DNA of 32,000 nucleotides from Stenotrophomonas humi (GTDB lineage Bacteria; Pseudomonadota; Gammaproteobacteria; Xanthomonadales; Xanthomonadaceae): NCBI RefSeq assembly GCF_001431415.1, contig NZ_LDJI01000015.1, positions 28,618 to 60,617 of the forward strand, read 5' to 3'. Shown piece by piece: positions 25,053 to 30,196 of this stretch (position 1 is its first letter; each line of letters starts with the position of its first letter). The notes under the pieces were generated by a model. It saw only the letters and a program-made list of their open reading frames with translations, ran no database searches and was not told where the DNA came from. The position numbers and the translations under genes were made by a program.

Positions 25053-25359
25053 GGTGCATGCCCTCCCCAAAAACGACGGAGCGGCTGCTGCCGAGGACTG
25101 CAACGACGCGATAGGAGCGACGGCCACGCAGCAGCGCGTTCCACCAGCGGACGCGCTCTACGGCCCATACAACGTCACCGCCGTAACGGCACTTCTGCTG
25201 CCAATCACCATCACCAATGCGCTGCTCAATGACGTACTCCGGTTCCGGCATGGCGCGGACCGATTCAACTTCCACGTCCAGGTGCGACGAAGGTGGCAAC
25301 GGCTGGTAGAAGCGCGGGTTGGCGCTGCGAACGCCGTAGGGAATCTGACGGTCAGCCAC
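25045..25359 (-). CDS. Conserved phage hypothetical protein upstream of Rep
   Basis: Homolog of 12710..13021. The probable GTG start at 25359 (VADRQIPYGVRSANPRFYQ...) overlaps the stop of a tiny upstream TM ORF (GTGGCTGA). Confidence 0.6.
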   Translation of the reverse strand: MADRQIPYGVRSANPRFYQPLPPSSHLDVEVESVRAMPEPEYVIEQRIGDGDWQQKCRYGGDVVWAVERVRWWNALLRGRRSYRVVAVLGSSRSVVFGEGMHHV

Positions 25360-25427
25360 GGCTGCGACCACGGAGATAGACAAACAGGGAGACGACCCAC
25401 GCAACAACTGCAAAACCGAAAAGGAAA

Positions 25428-25595
25428 TCAAGCACGACCCACCTCCGCCCTGGACACGGCAACGAGGCGAGCAGCGCGGTACGCGGAATCAACACGCGAA
25501 TCGCGGCGGTCAAGGATCCATGAAATCAGCAGGACGGATCCGCGACCGAGGCAGAAGCCGCACACACCGCAGAGAGCAAGGAGGATGCTGGTCAT
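25428..25595 (-). CDS. 55-aa small membrane protein conserved in both prophages
   Basis: MTSILLALCGVCGFCLGRGSVLLISWILDRRDSRVDSAYRAARLVAVSRAEVGRA*. It starts at 25595 within ORF 25428..25739 and has the same length as 12271..12438. Confidence 0.55.
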   Translation of the reverse strand: MTSILLALCGVCGFCLGRGSVLLISWILDRRDSRVDSAYRAARLVAVSRAEVGRA

Positions 25596-25636
25596 GCCAG
25601 AATCCCCCGAATGGAATGAGCGCCTAGGGGGGCGAG

Positions 25637-26344
25637 ATGAGCAATGGAGACCACAAAGTCTCGACGATCGAGATATGGAGTGCCGGTGTATTGCTGTTCT
25701 GCGCAGGCGCGATGTTTGGAGGCTGGGCCACCGGAACATTCAGCACGAAGGGCAATGCAGCTGATTGGGTTGCAGCACTCGCAGCTGCAGTGGCGGCTGC
25801 GGGCGCTTGGGTGATCGGCTTTATGGCTTGGCGCATATCGCAGCGCTCCCAAGAACACAATGAGTATGTTCAACGAGAGGACAGGGAGCGGACTGAGAGA
25901 CGCGATCGAGCGCTTATTAGGAATCTGAGATATCAGCTCAGAAACATAGTTGCGGGTGCACAAGTCATTCTTCAGAAGGAAAGCATTAGCACGCTCCCTA
26001 GGTCGGCCGTACTTAGAACGGTCGGCACATTCGCCGGCAACTTCCTTCACACAGATCGAATGATTGACGTACTTCCGCTGCTGAGACCAAAACAGGTGAC
26101 CTCGTTGGAGCGGATTCAATCTCTTGTCTTCGTCACCACTGCGGCCAGGAGAAGCTTTGAGGAGAGCGCCAATAGTCGGGACCTCACTCAACCGTTGAAC
26201 GAAGTCGACATGAAGTACTTCGGCAACCTCATCACTCAGCTGACTGAGCTCAAAGCTACTGCGGAAGCGTTTTTGGCACTGCTCGCGGATGAGGACGCAG
26301 ATGGTCAGAACGAGAAGGCGAAGACCGCTCCGCGTCCGGGCTAG
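25637..26344 (+). CDS. Phage B cargo protein: two N-terminal TM helices plus ~165-aa helical domain
   Basis: TM1 is IWSAGVLLFCAGAMFGGWATGTF and TM2 is WVAALAAAVAAAGAWVIGFMAW, followed by a charged helical domain. It has the same locus, the same orientation relative to Rep and the same architecture as 11384..12229, with no obvious sequence similarity. Confidence 0.55.
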   Translation: MSNGDHKVSTIEIWSAGVLLFCAGAMFGGWATGTFSTKGNAADWVAALAAAVAAAGAWVIGFMAWRISQRSQEHNEYVQREDRERTERRDRALIRNLRYQLRNIVAGAQVILQKESISTLPRSAVLRTVGTFAGNFLHTDRMIDVLPLLRPKQVTSLERIQSLVFVTTAARRSFEESANSRDLTQPLNEVDMKYFGNLITQLTELKATAEAFLALLADEDADGQNEKAKTAPRPG

Positions 26345-26394
26345 GAACATTGCTCGCAACAGTAATTGACCCATCTCGCAGCCCTCCCCTAGCG

Positions 26395-26422
26395 CCCTAG
26401 AAGCCCGCATCCGGCTCTAGGG
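26395..26422 (+). terminator. Conserved hairpin CCCTAGAAGCC-CGCATCC-GGCTCTAGGG downstream of the cargo gene
   Basis: Reverse complement of the prophage A hairpin at 11262-11289. There is no T-tract. Confidence 0.35.
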
Positions 26423-26440
26423 AGACCGGGACAGGTGTTG

Positions 26441-26504
26441 AACGACATTCGACACTGGGCGGATGTAAACTGATGCTCGACACTCCTGTCAAGAGACATT
26501 CAAC
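26441..26504. promoter_or_regulatory. Putative phage B operator repeats (TCGACACT x2, GACATTC x2)
   Basis: TTCGACACT at 26448 and CTCGACACT at 26476. GACATTC at 26444 and 26495. They lie directly upstream of the repressor ATG (26505). The motifs differ from the TGTCCAC repeats of phage A. Confidence 0.3.
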
Positions 26505-26801
26505 ATGAGCCGAATTAATCACCTCATTGACGCAGCCCAACAGGCATGCGGATTGACCTCGGACAACCAACTTGCAGGCAAGCTGAAAGTGTCGCGGAGC
26601 GCCGTTTCTGTCTGGCGGAAGGGCGGAAAAATTACCGATGAGCACTTGGCGGCTCTGGTGGAATTGTCCAAAGTCGACCCGTCTGAAGCTATCAAAGTCC
26701 GGGCCGAACAGGCTTCTTCAAAGGCCGAAATTCGCCTTTGGAATCATATGCTTACCCGCCTTGCTTCGGCTGCTATGCTCGGCGTTATGTATATTATGTA
26801 A
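26505..26801 (+). CDS. Phage B HTH repressor/immunity regulator
   Basis: MSRINHLIDAAQQACGLTSDNQLAGKLKVSRSAVSVWRKGGKITDEHL (Xre-like HTH) with a hydrophobic tail. The last codons ATG TAT ATT ATG TAA are the dif central region plus the XerD arm. Confidence 0.6.
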   Translation: MSRINHLIDAAQQACGLTSDNQLAGKLKVSRSAVSVWRKGGKITDEHLAALVELSKVDPSEAIKVRAEQASSKAEIRLWNHMLTRLASAAMLGVMYIM

Positions 26802-26804
26802 AAC
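26777..26804 (+). other. dif-like Xer site, attR-type hybrid: GCTCGGCGTTA-TGTATA-TTATGTAAAAC
   Basis: It has a degenerate XerC-side arm (phage B repressor coding sequence), the same TGTATA central region, and a good XerD-type arm. About 70 bp downstream are homologous to 18360-18420. Confidence 0.7.
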
Positions 26805-26933
26805 AAAGACGGCTTTGGCTCTGCCGTTTACAGCACGATGACCTTTCCACACAGCCCGCATGACAGCCCGCCCAACTAAAAGTGTTACGCCGCTCAACGT
26901 ATTAGTGCTACTTCTTTGAAGTTGGCGCCCCTT

Positions 26934-27075
26934 TCAAGAAAGTAACGACTTTAGTTGGCGTCCAGCGTGCTCAGCTTGAGCTTGCGCGACCGGCCGTTGC
27001 GTATCACGAATGGCTGCCTTGATCGCTGCAGGGATCTTGGTCAGTTGCCCCTCCAAGACCTCAGATGCAGCTGTC
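26934..27075 (-). pseudogene. Duplicated 3' fragment of the KfrA-like coiled-coil gene
   Basis: The minus-strand translation ..AASEVLEGQLTKIPAAIKAAIRDTQRP.. parallels RSEVLEEQLTKIPAAIEAALRSKRK at the C-terminus of 27124..27558. The nucleotide repeat is 27010-27068 versus 27180-27240. Confidence 0.3.
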
Positions 27076-27123
27076 CACCGTGGTTCAGGGCAGTCCAAGC
27101 AGAAAAGCTGAGCAACCGACGCA

Positions 27124-27558
27124 TCAGCGGGTTTTTGCCGTCTTCTTCCTGGGGGCTGAAAGCTTACGCTTACTACGCAAAGCCGCCTCGATAGCCGCAG
27201 GAATCTTGGTCAATTGTTCCTCCAGGACTTCGGATCTCGCCCGTTGCCGGTCCGTCTCTTTCGCCGCCTCAGTCGCTGCCTTCTGGGCAGCCTTCAAAGC
27301 AGCGGCCAGTGACTGCTCGGTTGTGGCGTGGAGCTTTCCTGCAGATGCCAACTTGACCTGTGCTTCCTTGGCCTGCTGACGGGCTTGATCGACTTCCCGT
27401 GCGGCACGATTTTCGACAGATCTGGCGTGTTCCATCAGATTATCGCGCTCAGATCTGGCCAACTCCTGCGTCTCGTGCAGCCTAGCTTCCAGCCCCAGTC
27501 TGGCGATATCAAGTTGCTCCTGCCGCTGATCCGCAGAGGCACGTTGTTGCGCCGACAC
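27124..27558 (-). CDS. Coiled-coil protein, KfrA-like C-terminal region (probably a decayed gene)
   Basis: 144 aa, Ala/Glu/Gln/Arg-rich coiled coil starting at a GTG. A well-placed ATG with an AGGAGA SD at 27592 opens MARGITEV.. (KfrA-like N-terminus). That reading frame is out of frame and stops after 27 codons. Confidence 0.4.
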   Translation of the reverse strand: MSAQQRASADQRQEQLDIARLGLEARLHETQELARSERDNLMEHARSVENRAAREVDQARQQAKEAQVKLASAGKLHATTEQSLAAALKAAQKAATEAAKETDRQRARSEVLEEQLTKIPAAIEAALRSKRKLSAPRKKTAKTR

Positions 27559-27630
27559 TGCGAGCTGTGACTTCGGTGATGCCGCGGGCCATGCTGACGT
27601 CTCCTGTATCGGCGCCCTACTCTATTGATT

Positions 27631-27667
27631 GCGTACTCGCGATAAGTGATGATTATCGCTAGTACGC
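27631..27667. repeat. lox-like inverted repeat GCGTACTCGCGATAA-gtgatga-TTATCGCTAGTACGC
   Basis: 15-bp arms (one mismatch) separated by an asymmetric 7-bp spacer, 30 bp upstream of the Cre-like recombinase start. Confidence 0.55.
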
Positions 27668-27696
27668 ACTCTATTTCATAACGTACATTACATATT

Positions 27697-28776
27697 ATGA
27701 AGCGAAATAGCACATTACCTGCCGTGGCGGCGACGGCCGCGAACCTGGTGCTCCCCGAGCAGCTGGCCCAGCAGGCTGCCGACGCAGTGCGTGAACTGCT
27801 CGCCGAAGCGGCTGCGGCCAACACCACCCGCAGCTACGCCACCGCCCTGCGCTACTGGGCTGGCTGGTACCAAGGCCGCTACGGCATCGAGCTCACTTTG
27901 CCGGTCAGCGAGGCTGTGGTGATCCAGTTCCTGGTCGATCACATCCAGCGTAAGAGCAAGACCGGCCTGGTCAGCGAGCTGCCGTCGGCGCTGGATCAGG
28001 CTCTGGTCACGGCCGGTCTCAAGGCCAGGGTCGGCCCCCTGAAGCTCTCGACCGTGGTCCAACGCGTGGCCGTATTGTCGACGGCGCACAAGCTCAAGCG
28101 CCAGGCCAACCCGTGCGAACTGCCCAGCGTCCGCACGCTGCTGAGTCGGGCCCGGCGCGCCGCGGTCAAACGCGGCGAGCGGCCCACCAAGAAGACCGCG
28201 ATCACGCGCCCCGAACTGGAGGCCATGCTGGCCACCTGCGACGACACCCTGGAAGGCCTGCGTGACCGTGCCCTGCTCTGCTTCGGGTTTGCCAGTGGCG
28301 GGCGTCGACGTAGCGAGATCGCGGCCGCGGATATGCGCGACCTGCGCAAGGTCGGCGAGGACGGCTACATCTATCGGCTGGAGTACTCGAAGACCCAGCA
28401 GGCCGGGGTGACGGCGGACTCGACCCCGGACAAGCCAATCCTGGGGCGCAGCGCCGACGCGCTCACTGCCTGGCTGGAGGCGGCGGGGATCCATGAGGGA
28501 GCGATCTTTCGGCGGATCTGGAGGGAGCGGGTCGGCCCTGCCCTGCTCCCGGGCTCGGTGGCCGCGATCGTAAAGCGCCGGGCCCGGTTGGCGGGGCTGG
28601 AGGGGGATTTTGGGGCGCACAGTCTCAGGTCTGGATTTGTCACCGAAGCTGGCAAGCAAGGCGTATCCTTGCCGGCGGTGATGGCGATGACCGAGCACCG
28701 TTCCGTGGCGAGCGTGATTGGCTACTTCCAGGCCGGAGCTGCGGAAGATAATCCTGCCGCTCGCTTGCTGAAGTGA
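27697..28776 (+). CDS. Cre-like tyrosine site-specific recombinase
   Basis: 359 aa. Catalytic signature: R in GFASGGRRRSEI, H-x-x-R in AHSLRSGF, and H..Y in MTEHRSVASVIGYF. The C-terminal AHSLRSGFVTEAGKQGVSLPAVMAMTEHRSVASVIGY parallels P1 Cre GHSARVGAARDMARAGVSIPEIMQAGGWTNVNIVMNY. Confidence 0.85.
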   Translation: MKRNSTLPAVAATAANLVLPEQLAQQAADAVRELLAEAAAANTTRSYATALRYWAGWYQGRYGIELTLPVSEAVVIQFLVDHIQRKSKTGLVSELPSALDQALVTAGLKARVGPLKLSTVVQRVAVLSTAHKLKRQANPCELPSVRTLLSRARRAAVKRGERPTKKTAITRPELEAMLATCDDTLEGLRDRALLCFGFASGGRRRSEIAAADMRDLRKVGEDGYIYRLEYSKTQQAGVTADSTPDKPILGRSADALTAWLEAAGIHEGAIFRRIWRERVGPALLPGSVAAIVKRRARLAGLEGDFGAHSLRSGFVTEAGKQGVSLPAVMAMTEHRSVASVIGYFQAGAAEDNPAARLLK

Positions 28777-28929
28777 TCTGAGCTCGTCTGCAAATGGCCA
28801 AAGGCCCGAGATCAGCATTTGCATGGCCGTCATCATCGAGTGACACAAAGTAAAGCGGCCGAAAACTGACTTACAGGTTTAAGGTGCTAACTCGGGACAA
28901 GGCCGCCTGCAGGGCGGGAATTCGAGATC

Positions 28930-29967
28930 TCAGGCGCAAAGGTCGCCGATCTCGCGTTCGACGAGCCGGAAACGCTCCTTGACCTCTTCACCCGCATAAA
29001 AATCGAGCATGTCTTCCTTAGTGAGGGTCCCCTCGGCGAGGAACTTGATGAGGTAGCGCTGATTGAATTCGGCAAGAAGGATTCCTTTCTCGATCTGCGC
29101 GAGGATCTGCTTCATATTTTCGATGTTGGCGGTGACGAGATGCTTCACCAACGCCATGTCTCGCGCATCCTTGATCAGCCGGTTCACGATGATCTTGAGG
29201 ACGTCGGTGTCGAGCTCGAGCGTCTTAGCATTGAGCGCAATGTCGCGCGCCAGCATGTAAGCGATGGCGAGATTGCGATAATCGCCCTTCTGAGAATCTA
29301 TAATTGCGATCAGGCCGATACCGGGAAGGAACTTCAGGTCCTGGACGGCGGCGAGGATGCTGTTGTCGACAAGCGATGCGTCGAACACGATGATTCCGGC
29401 CTGACCGTCGCGATTGGCCTGCGCTTCAAGCAGTTGGCTCCAGGCGGTATCCGCTTTTTTGGTGAAGACGTCCTTAGTCTGGATGTCCCCCAGGCGGATG
29501 CTCTTGTCGAACTTGCACTCGATCACGATCCGCTTGCCGCTGTCGCCGGCTAGATGGCAGACAATATCGCCTGTCTTGTTGCGACGGATCATACCGGCGC
29601 GATCGCCGGTCAGTTCGATCCTGTCTGTGATCTTCTGGCGATCGAAAAACTCCGAAAGGAAGTCGGCGATATCAGCCTCGGCGAGCACCCCCTTCACTGC
29701 CGACCGATAGAAAAGTTCCTTCTTCATGTCGAAGATAAACTTCAGGCTTTCGAGCTCGGTGCCGAGCTCGTTCGCGGTTCGCGAGAGGAAGCTTGAAAGC
29801 CGGTCCTCCATGAGCGCCAGAACGCCAATATAGAGGGCCTTGTGGAGCTGCTCGTCGCGATCCGCGGCGGCGAGCTTGTTGAAGAATTCGAACAGGATTC
29901 TGTTGTCGACCTCGAATGCACCGAACTGAACGCGAATATTTTTCTGATCGAGGCTGACAAGTGGCAT
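28930..29967 (-). CDS. PD-(D/E)xK nuclease-like protein (345 aa), last gene of the HerA operon
   Basis: Start MPLVSLDQ at 29967, in frame within ORF 28930..30147 and 1 nt after the KTSC stop. The core GVLAEADIADFL..TGDIVCHLAGDSGKRIVIECKFDKS..GQAGIIVFD fits an E..D..ExK restriction-endonuclease-fold motif. It is flanked by helical N- and C-terminal regions. The fold call is from motif reading only. Confidence 0.5.
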   Translation of the reverse strand: MPLVSLDQKNIRVQFGAFEVDNRILFEFFNKLAAADRDEQLHKALYIGVLALMEDRLSSFLSRTANELGTELESLKFIFDMKKELFYRSAVKGVLAEADIADFLSEFFDRQKITDRIELTGDRAGMIRRNKTGDIVCHLAGDSGKRIVIECKFDKSIRLGDIQTKDVFTKKADTAWSQLLEAQANRDGQAGIIVFDASLVDNSILAAVQDLKFLPGIGLIAIIDSQKGDYRNLAIAYMLARDIALNAKTLELDTDVLKIIVNRLIKDARDMALVKHLVTANIENMKQILAQIEKGILLAEFNQRYLIKFLAEGTLTKEDMLDFYAGEEVKERFRLVEREIGDLCA

Positions 29968-29968
29968 T

Positions 29969-30196
29969 TTAGACCCGGCTGTAACGATAGTGACCCTTGA
30001 TAGACGCCGCGAGGAACTCCCCCTTCGATCCTGCCTGATCGAAGGCCTGAGCGAGCTGCGGCGGCACTTCATAATATTGATAGCGACTGCCGTTGAGAAA
30101 TTCGACTTCGAGCAGCAGCTGATCCTCGTCATAGCGGATTGCAGCAATGTTCGACGATGTAAAGGGAGCGAATTCGTGCCAGGCCATGTGTGTCAT
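29969..30196 (-). CDS. KTSC-domain protein (75 aa)
   Basis: MTHMAWHEFAPFTSSNIAAIRYDEDQLLLEVEFLNGSRYQYYEVPPQLAQAFDQAGSKGEFLAASIKGHYRYSRV matches the KTSC pattern (S.I..i.Yd...LeV.F.nG..Y.Y..VP......a.SkG.f....Ik..Y). Its ATG (30196-30194) overlaps the herA-like TGA (30195-30193). Confidence 0.7.
   Translation of the reverse strand: MTHMAWHEFAPFTSSNIAAIRYDEDQLLLEVEFLNGSRYQYYEVPPQLAQAFDQAGSKGEFLAASIKGHYRYSRV

Larger units (their letters stand above)
18332..26804. mobile_element. Filamentous (inovirus-type) prophage B, mirror orientation; adsorption gene interrupted by an in-frame stop
   Basis: On the minus strand: small ORFs, Rep, G5P, small TM protein, signal-peptide major coat, terminator, micro-ORF, pIII-like, pVI-like, Zot, TraX-like. 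On the plus strand: cargo, repressor and DUF3653. It is bounded by dif-like sites at 18332 and 26777. Confidence 0.8.

Noticed and set aside
27671-27710. AT-rich stretch CATATTATGAAGCGAAAT, whose reverse complement (ATTTCGCTTCATAATATG) superficially resembles the XerC arm and centre of dif
   Set aside because: It needs a 3-nt insertion to align and lacks the TGTATA centre and any XerD arm. It contains the recombinase start codon. It is more simply a promoter/RBS region, and the 15-7-15 repeat at 27631 is the better candidate recombination site.
28777-28929. Short palindromes (GGCCaaaGGCC near 28794, CCGCCtgcagGGCGG at 28903-28917) between the convergent recombinase and nuclease genes, considered as terminators
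   Set aside because: The stems are only 4-5 bp with no T-tract, which is too weak to call.
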